Notes: generated by a model not told the origin, from the letters alone. Positions 1 to 12,570 are shown, numbered from the whole stretch's first letter. The stretch: 63,254 nt of DNA, filler included, from Octopus bimaculoides (GCF_001194135.2; 7 parts of 5 records of this genome joined end to end with filler, not necessarily neighbours in it), one strand, 5' to 3'. Numbers and translations: made by a program.

Positions 1-46
<46 letters not shown>

Positions 47-59
47 CATATGCGTGTGC

Positions 60-215
60 ATCTCAGTGTTTGTTCTCCAACACCTCTTGACAATCAGTGG
101 TAGTTATTTTTGTGTCCTAGTAACTTAGCAATTCGGCAAAAGGTGTTTGATAAAATAAGTACCAGACTCAAAAATAAGTACTGGGGCAGACTTAATTGAC
201 TGAAACAAATAAAAG
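60..215 (+). mobile_element. SINE family A, 3' tail fragment
   Basis: Matches the tail of the complete copies at 2973 and 15702 (cttgacaa...aacttagc..ttcggcaaaa...aataagtac...gactgaaacaa). Confidence 0.7.
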
Positions 216-364
216 ATAAATTACGTTTGCACAACATTTGTATTAAATTTACACAACATCTGTAATTATATCTGTATTACATTTGTGCACCACCTACACT
301 TTCAACGGCATCTCTTTGCTCCCACATGTTCCCTGCAAACTAGCAGAGTTATTAGAGTGTCAGA

Positions 365-745
365 CAGAATCATCATCATCATCGTCATCATCATTATCAT
401 CATCATCAACATTATACATCTGTTTCCCATGCTGGCATGGGATAGATGGCTTCACTAGAACTGGTGCCAGGGGCCAGATTAGGTTCCATAGTCTATCTTG
501 GCTTGGTTTCTACAGCTGGATGCCCTTCCTAAAATCAAGCACTTTACAGAGTGTACTGGGTGCTTTTTACATGGAACCAGCATCAGTGCTTTTTACATAA
601 CACTAGCACCCACAACAATGCTTTTTACATGGCACCTTGGGTTTAGGTTCTCATTCCTGCTGTGGTGGGCAGGTCTTCTTGAGAATCGTCATCATTTAAC
701 GTCCACTTTCCATGCTAGCATGGGTTGGACGATTTGCTACACACT
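365..745 (-). mobile_element. Two RTE-tail-type short repeats (family C), minus strand
   Basis: Reverse complement contains ggaagggcatccagctgtagaaac and aacgtccactttccatgctagcatggg, with (GAT)n tails; same family as 7200-7655 and 60706-61053. Confidence 0.7.
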
Positions 746-1313
746 GAGTTCAAATCAAGTCAAGGTCAACCTTGCCTTTCATCCTTTTGGTGTTGATAAA
801 AAAGTGTAAATCTGAGATGTTGGACTGGTGGAACTGCATGAATGCCAGACCAGACGCCTTGCAGTATTTGTTCCAGATCCATGCATTTTGGTTCAAGTCT
901 TACGATGGCCTACTTAGTTTTTCACCTAGTTTAACACTGCTAACTGGTATCTTGAGTGTCTTTAGTGGAATTCCCTCTGTTACAAACATTTCTGAAACTA
1001 AGTTTTTGGTTTAAGGATACCATCTTTCCTCTTTCTCATTCACCTCGAATGCTCTTGAATGTCTATGTGTGTGTATATACACACACACACACAAACACAC
1101 ACACAAACACACATGCATATATGTATGTATGTATGTATGTATGTATTGGCAACAGGAAGAGCATTCAACTGTAGAAAATCTACCAAACCAGATTCCGTCT
1201 GACCCATGCAAACATGGAAAAGTGGACGTTAAATGATTATGATGATGATGATCTATCTCTCTATCTAGTTATCCATCCATCCATCCATCCATTCATCCAT
1301 CATCTCTCTCTCA

Positions 1314-1352
<39 letters not shown>

Positions 1353-1386
1353 GTGTATGTGTGTGTAGTAGTAGAATTAGTAGTAA

Positions 1387-1428
<42 letters not shown>

Positions 1429-1761
1429 CAACAACAACGGCTGCTTTTCTTTACCCTTTTCCTTCTACCTCTGTCCACAGGAGTGTTTGTTTCAATGTGC
1501 CTCCTTTTCCACCTTTCATTGTACACACAACAAATTGGTTGGTGTCAGGAAGGGCATCAACTACAGAAACTATGCCAAAGCAGGCATCGGACCATGGTGT
1601 GGCCTTCAAATCCATTGGATCCTGTTAAACTCTCCAACCTATGCCAGCATAGAACATGGATGTTAAGTGATGCTGATTGTGCTTCTTACATACAACTTCA
1701 TTCTTACTGACATAGATACATTTACAGATAACTTGTTAGCAGATGGTCTGATTAACAAATA

Positions 1762-1779
1762 TCATTTATCAATGACCCC
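1762..1779 (-). CDS. Possible terminal coding exon segment (GVIDK*) of the candidate minus-strand gene
   Basis: Acceptor tattttctctatgtag is followed by GGG GTC ATT GAT AAA TGA, phase 0, compatible with exon 3424-3537. Too short to be secure. Confidence 0.2.
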   Translation of the reverse strand, partial: GVIDK

Positions 1780-2639
1780 CTACATAGAGAAAATATATGT
1801 TTCTGAAGTTATATTAATATATATTAATGTATATTTCTTCAGCTATACTATGGCTAGCAACTCAGAGAACTAGGAGGCACAAAAACACATTTATACACAT
1901 GCAGTTCTTCATTCATATTTCTCATTCATTTTTCAAGACCAAAGACCTTACACACAGATCCAGTGTTTTCCACACATCTCAAGAACTCTATGCATTTTTC
2001 ATGATACGCAAAGAAAAATTTCTCCTGTTTAGCATACATATATGCACTGACACATATGCATGCATGTGCATGCACACATGCATGTGCATGCACACATTCA
2101 CATGCACACATACAAACACGAACACACACTACACACGCACACACTCATATATTTATGTGCATATTATTTCACAAATAGGTCCAGCTTACCAAACAAGTGT
2201 AGGAAGTCACTGATGATGATGATGATGATGATGATAATAACTATAGTAATACAAATCAAGAGAATTTTGATCACATTGACTTTGACTAAATAAATACAGT
2301 CTGTGGGTTCTGTGAATGATGATTGGTTGCTAAGTAACATCTAATGTTATAAAGAGGTGAGGCAGTGTTTCCTAACTCATGTAGATAATAACGCCATTAT
2401 ACATGTATGCGTGTGTGTGTATGTGTTTGTGTGCACACTTGTATATATGTAGTGTAGATGTATATAATGTGAGTAGTTGTGTAGTTCCTCTACAGCAAGA
2501 ATCTTATTGTGTTTGAATCCCCTTCCCTCACACTTTAACCCTTCGTCTCCTAGCATAAACTCACCCCTCTCTACTGTAGTCTTACTCAGTTGAAGTGGAT
2601 CTCAATCTTACAAGCTGCATAGGAACCTCACGAGCTAGT

Positions 2640-2850
2640 GTCATGAAAAAAGCACCCAGTACATATTGTAAGGTGGTTGGCATTAGGAAGGGCATCCAAC
2701 CATAGAAACCAAGCCAAAGCAGACACTGAAACATGACGCAGTTTATGATCCCTTTGGACCTGACAAACTGTCAAACTGTCAAACTGTCTAGCCCATAACA
2801 GCATTCAATGTGGACATTAAAAGATGATGACAATGAGATGATGATGTAGG
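2640..2850 (+). mobile_element. Family C short repeat
   Basis: ggttggcattaggaagggcatcc...tggacattaaaagatgatga. Confidence 0.7.
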
Positions 2851-2972
2851 TATATATATATATATNNNNNNNNNNNNNNNNNNNNNNNNNNNNNNNNNNN
2901 NNNNNNNNNNNNNNNNNNNNNNNNNNNNNNNNNNNNNNNNNNNNNNNNNNNNNNNNNNNNTATATATATTTA

Positions 2973-3376
2973 GGCACAGGCACGGCTGTGTAGTAAGAAG
3001 CTTGCTTCCCAACCACAAGGTTTCAGGTTCAGTCCCACTGCATGGTACCTTGGGCAAGTGTCTTCTACTATAACCTTGGGCCAACTAAAGCATTGAGTGG
3101 ATTTGGTAGACAGAAACTGAAAGATGCGTGCTGTATATATATATATATATATCTACAAGTGTGTCTTTGTTTCTGTATTTGTATCCCAGTCACTGCTTGA
3201 CAACCAGTGTTGCTGTATTTACATCCCTATAACTTAGTGAGTGATTGAGCAAAAGAGACCAATAAGACAAGTACTAGGCTTGAAAAATAAGTCCCGTGGC
3301 CGAATTGTTCAACTAAAATCCCTTCAAGGCAGTACTCTAGCATGGCTGCAGTCAGATGACTGAAACAAGTAAAAGA
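2973..3376 (+). mobile_element. SINE family A, near full length (tRNA-like head, internal TA repeat, tail)
   Basis: Head ggcacaggcacggctgtgtagtaagaagcttgcttcccaaccac..ggttcagtccc has A/B-box-like motifs; about ten copies in the window. Confidence 0.85.
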
Positions 3377-3423
3377 ATTAATGACTGCCAAGTATAGAAT
3401 ATCTCATTGATAAGGTATGTTAC

Positions 3424-3537
3424 CTGAATGTGGTTTGAAAGACAGTCCAGGTAGATCCACACAACTACCAGAAAGACAAGGAAAATGTAATCAACCTTGC
3501 CTATGTTATAAAGATACCTACCCCCATCGAGAGAAAT
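3424..3537 (-). CDS. Candidate internal exon of an unidentified membrane protein (ISLDGGRYLYNIGKVDYIFLVFLVVVWIYLDCLSNHIQ)
   Basis: Strong acceptor gttttgtttttccttccag, donor CAG|gtaaca, 114 nt, phase 0-0, open frame with one hydrophobic helix. A faint RTE-RT resemblance on the plus strand is an alternative explanation. Confidence 0.45.
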
Positions 3538-4587
3538 CTGGAAGGAAAAACAAAACCCTCAGAAATATAGCCATAATAACATGAATATACATAGTCCATC
3601 AAAGGGATGCCTGGAGGTGGAGGAAGTAAAATAATTGTGGAAGTAGTTGTGATTGCTAACGATCTACAGCAGCAATATTTTATATGTATCATTATCATCT
3701 TTTGCCTCATCATCATTTAACATTCAGCCTCTATGCTGCCATGAAGTCTCAACTAACAATAATAGCGAGAGTAAAAAGTGCTGTATAGACCTTACTGAGA
3801 ACACTTTTACATCAAAGCATACTCAGCATATATACACTCTCAGACATACAGGAAAAAAATCTGTGATAACACTTTTGAAATATATTTGGAGCTTAAAAAG
3901 CAAAAGAACCAACTATGATATTAAATAGTCCATTATAAAATCTGCTTCAGTCCATTTTAATGGTAACAAGTGCCAACTCTGCTTAGAAGAACAGTTTAAC
4001 ATTCTCACTCAACCTCTCAGACTGTTAAATTCCAAATTGGAGTTGATTTCTTCATGTCTCTCTTAAAGAAAGTCTTGTCTAAGCTGCCAACTGGATAATA
4101 CTCAAAATTTCCTAATCATCTCTGGAAATGCTCACGCATTATGTCCATTGACTCACTAATAAGCTGTTCTCTGCACCAATGCTATTTATCAATCTTTACA
4201 GGTATCCAGTATAACAGAATCCAACCTTTACATGTTTGATATACACCACACCACACCACGCCACTTTTTATATAGACCAAGAAAGGACCTTTATTGCTTT
4301 TATGTATGTATGTATGTATGTATGTATGTATGTATGTATGTGTGTGTATATANNNNNNNNNNNNNNNNNNNNNNNNNNNNNNNNNNNNNNNNNNNNNNNN
4401 NNNNNNNNNNNNNNNNNNNNNNNNNNNNNNNNNNNNNNNNNNNNNNNNNNNNNNNNNNNNNNNNNTATATATATATATATATATCACAGCACAGATAGAC
4501 CGAGAAGGGGCTTACATTTTTTCTCTTTTCCTGCATTCCTTCATTTATATATATATATATATATATATATACCTCTATGTCTCTGAA

Positions 4588-4745
4588 AAGATAGACCAAG
4601 AAGGGACCTTCCATCTGGAACCACTTGTCCCACATGTGGAAAGAGCTTCCAAGTAAGAATTGGGCTCATCATTCACCTCAGACTCCACCAATAAATAAAA
4701 AAAACCAAGTCCATCATCCTTGACCTCAAAGAATAGCCATGATGA
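4588..4745 (+). mobile_element. RTE-clade LINE 3' end with terminal C2H2 finger
   Basis: Translates to TCPTCGKSFQVRIGLIIHLRLH, like the C-terminal zinc finger of RTE/BovB-type ORFs, followed by a short UTR and gatgat. Confidence 0.7.
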
Positions 4746-4749
4746 TCTA

Positions 4750-5135
4750 TGTTTAATATCTATTTGAAGAACAAACAGACAGCTGCTACACAAGAATGTT
4801 AAGAATGGCTCTGAATGTTACATGGAGAAGTCATTTAACCAATGATCAGCTTTATCAAAGTCTACCCAAAGTGAGTAAGAAGATTCAACAGAGAAGAATA
4901 AGAATTGCTGGTCATTGTGATAGGCACCCAGAAGAACTTGTATGTCAGCTGGTCTTATGGCAGTCAGTTGATAGAGAATCAGCAAGAGAAGAAGCTAACC
5001 TATGTGGACAACTTGCTTCAGGACAGTGGAATGGCAAATGTTGATGAATTAAGAACATTCATTGGGGACCATGATGGATGGTATGCTTGAACGAAATCAC
5101 TGAAGCCTCTAGGGGAATGGCCAAACTAAACTAAC
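4750..5135 (+). mobile_element. RTE-X-like LINE 3' fragment
   Basis: CYTRMLRMALNVTWRSHLTNDQLYQSLPKVSKKIQQRRIRIAGHCDRH, then after a frameshift KKLTYVDNLLQDSG..DELRTFIGDHDGW; ends in a (CTAA)-like tail. Confidence 0.75.
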
Positions 5136-5261
5136 TATTTATTTTATTTGACCTTACTTTATTTAAATATTCATTATTATATTTATTTTTATATATATTT
5201 ATACAATTTGTGCACCACGCAGTTATATGCTATATCATAATTTCATTATTATTATTATTAC

Positions 5262-5339
<78 letters not shown>

Positions 5340-6219
5340 GGTGGTGAGCTGGCAGAAATGTTAGCACACTGGGTGAAATGCTTAACAGTATTTTGTTTGT
5401 CTTCACAGTGGGAATGAACTCGGAACAATGTGTTTGGTAAGCAAGCTAATTACCACACAACCACTCCTGCGCCTATNNNNNNNNNNNNNNNNNNNNNNNN
5501 NNNNNNNNNNNNNNNNNNNNNNNNNNNNNNNNNNNNNNNNNNNNNNNNNNNNNNNNNNNNNNNNNNNNNNNNNNNNNNNNNNNNNNNNNNNNNNNNNNNN
5601 NNNNNNNNNNNNNNNNNNNNNNNNNNNNNNNNNNNNNNNNNNNNNNNNNNNNNNNNNNNNNNNNNNNNNNNNNNNNNNNNNNNNNNNNNNNNNNNNNNNN
5701 NNNNNNNNNNNNNNNNNNNNNNNNNNNNNNNNNNNNNNNNNNNNNNNNNNNNNNNNNNNNNNNNNNNNNNNNNNNNNNNNNNNNNNNNNNNNNNNNNNNN
5801 NNNNNNNNNNNNNNNNNNNNNNNNNNNNNNNNNNNNNNNNNNNNNNNNNNNNNNNNNNNNNNNNNNNNNNNNNNNNNNNNNNNNNNNNNNNNNNNNNNNN
5901 NNNNNNNNNNNNNNNNNNNNNNNNNNNNNNNNNNNNNNNNNNNNNNNNNNNNNNNNNNNNNNNNNNNNNNNNNNNNNNNNNNNNNNNNNNNNNNNNNNNN
6001 NNNNNNNNNNNNNNNNNNNNNNNNNNNNNNNNNNNNNNNNNNNNNNNNNNNNNNNNNNNNNNNNNNNNNNNNNNNNNNNNNNNNNNNNNNNNNNNNNNNN
6101 NNNNNNNNNNNNNNNNNNNNNNNNNNNNNNNNNNNNNNNNNNNNNNNNNNNNNNNNNNNNNNNNNNNNNNNNNNNNNNNNNNNNNNNNNNNNNNNNNNNN
6201 NNNNNNNNNNNNNNNNNNA

Positions 6220-7655
6220 AAAGGCATAGGTAGAAACTCTATAAGATGTACCCAGTGTAAGCTATGGACACATAAAAGGTGCAGCAATATCAAAGGAAGG
6301 CTAACTAGGAAGATAGTTTTTGTATGTGGCAGATGAACAGGAGCAATAAACACTAAAAATGCACAGAAAACAACTTTTGCCACATTCCAGGGAGAAAAAC
6401 TAGAAGTAGTTGATAGTTTCCGTTATTTAGGTGACCAAGTTAGTAGTGGGGGAGGGTGCACTGAAAGTGTAGCTACTAGAATAAGAATAACCTGGGCAAA
6501 GTTCAGAGAGCTCTTACCCCTGCTGGTGACAAAGGGCCTCTCACTCAGAGTAAAAGGCAGACTGTATGATGCATGTGTACGAACAGCCATGCTACATGAC
6601 AATGAAACATGGGCCGTGACTGTTGAGGACATGTATAAGCTCACAAGAAATGAAGCCAGTATGCTCTGATGGATGTGTAATGTCAGTGTGCATACTCGAC
6701 AGAGTGTAAGTACCTTGAGAGAAAAGTTGAACCTAAGAAGCATCATTTGTGGTGTGCAAGAGAGACGATTGCGTTGGTATGGTCATGTGGCAAGAATGGA
6801 TGAGGATAGCTGTGTAAAAAAGTGTCACACCCTAACAGTTGAGGGAACCTGTGGAAGAGGTAGATCCAGGAACCTGGGATGAGGTGGTGAAGCACGACCT
6901 TCGAACATTAGGCCTCACCAAGGCAATGACTAGTGACCGAGACCTTTGGAAATATGCTGTGCGTGAGAAGACCCGGCAAGCCAAGTGAGACCATAATCCG
7001 TGGCCTCTGCCAGGGGTGTAGCCAGCCCACTTATGTGTACCTTTCCTTCAGTGGACACTAAACTCTGCTTGCGAAGACCTGTTGAGGCAAGTGAAATCAA
7101 AATCGAACCAAATTCGACAACTGGCACCCATGCCAACCTCTCCTTCATTGGACACTAAACTCTGCTTGGAGCAAGTAAAATCGAAATCAAAATCGTAATT
7201 GAACCAAATTCGATGACTGGCACCTGTGCCAGTGGAGCGCTAACAGTACCGTCTGAGCGTGATCATTGCCAGAGCAGCTGTCTGGCTTCCATGCCATTGG
7301 CATGTAAATAGCACCATTTGAGCATGGTCGTTACCAGTGTCACCTTACTGGTGGCATGTGAAAAAAAACATTCGAGCGAGGTTGTTGCCAGTGCCGCTGG
7401 ACTGACTCCTGTGCAGGTAGCACATAAAAAACACCATTTTGAGCGTGGCCGTTGCCAGCACCACCTGTGGCACGTAAAAGCACCAACTACACTCTCAGAG
7501 TGGTTGGCATTAGGAAGGGCATCCAGCTGTAGAAACTTTGCCAGATTGGATTGGAGCCTGGTGCAGCTATCTGGTTTGCCAGTCCTCAGTCAAATCGTCC
7601 AACCCATGCTAGCATGGAAAGTGGACGTTAAACGACGACGATGATGATGATGATA
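6220..7655 (+). mobile_element. RTE LINE 3' part: degenerate RT C-terminus, long modular 3' UTR and (GAT)n tail
   Basis: SIRCTQCKLWTHKRCS..FVCGR, EVVDSFRYLGDQVSSGGG, RIRITWAKFRELLPLLVTKGLSLRVKGRLY, ERRLRWYGHVARM; in-frame stops; 5' part lost in the gap. Confidence 0.9.
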
Positions 7656-8929
7656 CATTTATATATATATGTATGTATATGTATTTGTATGTATGAATAT
7701 TCATATGTGTGTGTGTATATACATGTATGCAGTATCAGAATAATAAATAAATTCAAGTCATTAAATGTTGCTTAAACAGCTGCTGCAAGTTGACCTTGGT
7801 TGCTCAGATAGTGTGCATACTTTGAATGATAGCACAGTATATAGACACCAGCTACATAGACAATGTGTATATAGTAGTAGCATATGTATAGTCAGTAAAT
7901 GCCAACTATAGTATCATTGTTTATACTGATAAGAGGGGTATAGTATATGGATGCTGTGCAGACACATGCAACGTGCAAATCAGAAAGAACCATGAGGAAT
8001 GTGTGTGGTTAAAAAAGTTTGTTTTGTAATCACATGCTCTTGCATTTGAGGTGCCACACAGTGGCACCTTTAGCACTTTCAGCAAGAAATTTCTACTTCT
8101 AATAGCCTCAAGTTGATCAATACATTGTGAGTGGAATTTGGTGGACAAAATACTGCACAAACCCTGCCAAAATAGACAGGGAGCCTGAACAGCCCTTCAT
8201 TTAGTCAGCTCCTGTCAAACCACCAACCCCATCCCAGCATGGAAGATGAACGTTAAATGGTGATGATGATGATGAAACACACACATACACATACACAATA
8301 CATATGGGTACACATACATACACAGGTGCAGGAATGGCTGTGTGGTTAAGATGCTTGCTTCCCAACCATGTGATTTCAGGTTCAGTAATACCATACAGTA
8401 GCTTTGGTGAGTGTCTAGTATTGTAGCCCCAGGGCCAATCAAAGCCTTGTGAATGGATTTGGTAGATGGAAACTGAAAGAAGCTAATGTGTGTGTGTGTG
8501 TGTGTATGTGTGTGTGTGTGTGCTTGGGTGCATGTGTGTGTGTATTTGTCTATACTTTTATCTTCACATCATGTGATGCTTGTAAATAAGCATTGTGATG
8601 AGACAAACGATGTTCTTTGCAAGTCTTCTATGAAGAACATGTTCAGCCATGGGGAAATATTGCCACTCCATCAGTTACGATGATGAGTGTTCCAGTTGAT
8701 CCGATTAGCAGAACAGCCTGCTAATGAAATTAATGTGCAAGTGAAATTAACATGCAAGAATCCTCTACAGACATGCATATTCAAATGGTCAGCCTTATCA
8801 CATTCTGTGTCATGCTGAATCTCCCTGTGAACTACATTAAGTGTATACATGTTTCTGGAGTGTTCAGCCACATGTATGTTAATTTGATGAGCAGGGTGTT
8901 TTGTTGATTGGATCAGTTGGAACACTCAT

Positions 8930-9105
8930 CATTGTAACTGACGGAGTGTGGTTGGTGTTAGGAAGGGCATCCAGCCATAGAAACCATGCCAAATTAGACT
9001 GGAGTCTGGTGCAGCCTTCCAGCTCGCAAGCCCTGGTCAAACCGTCCAGCCCAAAAACCAGCATGGACAGTGGACACTAAATGATGATGATAATGATGAT
9101 GATGA
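8930..9105 (+). mobile_element. Family C short repeat
   Basis: gttggtgttaggaagggcatccagccatagaaac...cagtggacactaaatgatgatg. Confidence 0.75.
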
Positions 9106-9111
9106 TATATA

Positions 9112-10382
9112 TTGGGTCATCCCGTAAATAATGCGTTTTTTTCAATTGCATGAACTAAAAGTCAGATTGGGATGGGATAAACTATCTGCATCAACCTGCT
9201 ATAAAAGCAGGTAGTAATTTTACCTTGTCCTTATTCTTAGTGCAAGTTTTGAAGAGTGCAGTTCGATTTTAACAGTCATTCTTTCAAAGCTATAATGGAA
9301 GTGACAAAAGAGCATACTTGGCATATTTTACTTTATGAGTTCAATAAAGGCAACAATGCAACAGAAAGTGTGAGGACTATTAATGCAGTATATGGGATTT
9401 GGACAATAAGTGTAAGCCAGTGTCAACAGTGGTTCCAGAAATTCCAAGCCAGAAACTACAGCCTAGAAGATGAGGCTCATCCTGGAAGATCTGTAGAGCT
9501 CAACAAGGATGTCCTGCAAACCCTGGTGGAGTCATAACTGCTGAGGAACTAGCAGAGAAGCTTGGATTTGGTCGTTCAACCATTCATTGACACTTGCGTG
9601 CCATCAGAAAAGTTAACAAATTGGGTTGATGGGTTCCACACAAACTTTCCGAGTCTCATCGAGCGCAGAGATTGAATGTGTGCTCTTCTTTGCTGCCACA
9701 TCTCACAAATGAGCCTTTTTTTGACCAAATAGTGATTGGTGATGCGAAATGGGTCCCTATAAAAATGTCAAGTGCTGAAGACAGTGGACAGGGAAAGGAA
9801 AAACACTGGCATTCCAGGCCAAAGAAGGTCTTCATCCGTGTTGTTACCTGTTTGGTAGGATATGAAAGGTTTAGTCCACTTTGAACTTTTAAACCCAAAC
9901 AAAATGATAAGAAAGGAGATCTACTGCAATCAGTTTGAGTGGCTTAAGTCAGTGCTAGAAGAAAACAGACCATCTTTGGTTTCAAGACGAAAGGTGTTCT
10001 TCCACCAGGATAATGCTCAGCCACATAGTGAGGATGACATTCCAAAGGCTGGAGCAGTTTGAATGGAAAAGAATGCCCCAACCCCATACTTGCCAGACAT
10101 TGCCCCATCTGATTATCATTTATTCTGCAGTCTTCAAAATCATTTGGACAGAAAATATATGAATTCTGTAACAAGGTCAGAACAGTACTGGAGGATATTT
10201 TTCATCACGGACAAGTGAATTTTGAAAGAGGGGCCTTGCAAGTCTACCAGATAGATGGAAGAGCATTGTAGAAAATGAAGGAGAAGGAGAGTATATTTAA
10301 GGTTAAAAAAGAACTTTGTTTATCTTAATCTTGAAAAATAAAATAAATATTAAAAAAATGCATTATTTATGAGATGAACCAA
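9112..10382 (+). mobile_element. Full-length defective mariner (DD34D) transposon
   Basis: TIRs ttgggtcatcccgtaaataatgcg and its counterpart cattatttatgagatgaaccaa, TA on both sides. ATG at 9295 (MEVTKEHTWHILLYEF); motifs IVIGDAKW, FHQDNAQPH, PDIAPSDYHLF; frameshifts and stops. Confidence 0.92.
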
Positions 10383-10797
10383 TATATGTAAAGAGGTTGA
10401 GAAGATGCCAGTTTAAGCATGGAATAGATATGTACCATCCGGCATGGCTCTTTGATCCACAGAACAGTATACTCATGAAATTAACATGCAAGTGGCTGAG
10501 CAGTCCACTGACACATGTATCCTTTGAATTACATTTTTGCCAGTTGAGTGGACTGGAGTAATTTGAAATAAAGTGTCTTGCTCTAGGACACAACACGCTG
10601 CTGGGAATTGAACTCATGACCTTATGATTGTGAGCAAATATCCTAACCACTAAGCCATGTGCCTTCACGGTGGTGGATGAGGATATAACCTTATTTGGAA
10701 ACAGATGCAGGTTGGTAAGAGATGGACATCCATTCACAGAAAATCTGCTTCAAAAAATTTTATCTGACCCATGTGCGCAAGTGGATCTGTCTGTTTG

Positions 10798-10828
<31 letters not shown>

Positions 10829-11101
10829 CTATGGACGGACGGTAGACGTGTCGGCTCTGTAAGTTTTGCCTTTTTCATGTTTTAAAAAGTTTGTTTGTAA
10901 AATTTATTTTATATACAAAGTTGTATAACAACTTGTAGACTCTCTGGTGCAAGTTTTTTGCGACGGAAATCTGCCCTGTGTGGCACATTTCCAGGATATA
11001 AAAACCAATCTCGNNNNNNNNNNNNNNNNNNNNNNNNNNNNNNNNNNNNNNNNNNNNNNNNNNNNNNNNNNNNNNNNNNNNNNNNNNNNNNNNNNNNNNN
11101 N

Positions 11102-11142
<41 letters not shown>

Positions 11143-11194
11143 CTACATACATGTATATATATGTGTGTGTATGTGTGTGTGTGTGTGTGTGTAT

Positions 11195-11330
11195 GAAGGT
11201 GCATGGCTGAGTAGTTAGAGTATCAGGCTTACAGTCATGAGGTTGTGAGTTTGATTCCAGACTGGACTGTGTTGTGTTCTTGAGCAAAACACTTTATTTC
11301 ACATTGCTCAAATTCACTCAACCTTAGAAA
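11195..11330 (+). mobile_element. tRNA-derived SINE head, variant family
   Basis: gcatggctgagtagttagag...gagtttgattcc...cttgagcaaaacactttatttcac; a related minus-strand copy lies at about 10450-10670. Confidence 0.6.
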
Positions 11331-11562
11331 TGCATTGTGGCATCATTGGTGACAAGCTGTTTGCCTTTTGGTGTTTGCCTTTCTCTTGGATAACATCAGT
11401 GGTATGGAGAGGGGAGGTAGGTATGCATGGGTGACTGCGGGTCTCCCATAAACAATGGTGCCTGGACTTGTGCTTTGGAGGGGGACTTTCTAGATGCAAT
11501 CTCATGGTCATTCATTACCAAAAGGGGTTTTTACCCTTTTTTCTTAACTTTATATATATATA

Positions 11563-12516
11563 TGTAGTGAAACCACCTCTTTCACGGTTATATATAAACA
11601 AATGCGAGTGTAGCAGGAAACAACACTTTCCAGCCTGCTGTGTCATCACCTGACTGACTTTTATTTACGAAGCAATTGTCTCCACTCCATTTGCTGCCAG
11701 GACGCAAACCGACCAACCATAACCTCTAATAAGGTCACGTGAGAGAGTGTTTTGCTGATGCTCTCTGGAGCCTATCTGTATCTATAAATAGCCTAATTAT
11801 CCGTGCCAAATTTGTCACGGCTCAGATCTTCTAAGATCTGGTCGTAGACAACACAGGTAACACAGCCAGCCAGTATAACACCAATCAGCCAGCAATTCCA
11901 GCGACGACATCAACAACCACTTCAACTACGTACTACTAGCACCATCACCAGCATCAACACGACTCTATGTACACAAGCTACCAAACAGTGATTTGCTCAC
12001 CACGAAATTAACAGCCCGAACTCAGCCTGCAAAGAACATCTGTATCAAGAACCCGGCCCGGCATAGAAGCCCCAACTTCACGACGAGTGACTTAGCTTTG
12101 CCTAACGCCTCAACCTCTTACATACAGATTATCAATACTACTGTGTACCTTAACAGAACTGGTATTTCCTTATCCATGTTACTGACTCTTATCTATACTC
12201 TGTAACTCTTACATACACATACATATATTTGTATACACACTCTTCTGTTTACATGACGGCCTGTCTTATATTGTGTTTTGTTATGCCGCACACACACACA
12301 CAGACATACAGTTTAATGCTCCAATAAATCTTACTGTTATACATCATTATCGGTTGTGTTCCTATCTTGTCCTTCCTGGCAAACTTCTTAGTTCTCTGTG
12401 TTATAGTATTATAACATATCATTTTATATTTTGTGGCAACCGTTTGATGCGTTTAAAAAGGAGCCTGTTTTCCATTCATCACCATTTCTCCTTTGGTTCG
12501 CACGGTCGTTCTTACA
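11563..12516 (+). mobile_element. Putative solo LTR (954 bp)
   Basis: Starts TGTA, ends TACA, embedded in a (TA)n tract (TATA both sides). TATAAATA near 11782 and AATAAA near 12323 are in LTR order; non-coding, more GC-rich than the flanks. Confidence 0.6.
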
Positions 12517-12570
12517 TATATATATANNNNNNNNNNNNNNNNNNNNNNNNNNNNNNNNNNNNNNNNNNNN

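Noticed and set aside
3424-3537. Assigning the candidate exon to the TRAM1/ceramide synthase family
   Set aside because: Only a loose LY..G..D...F resemblance; not enough to give a gene symbol.
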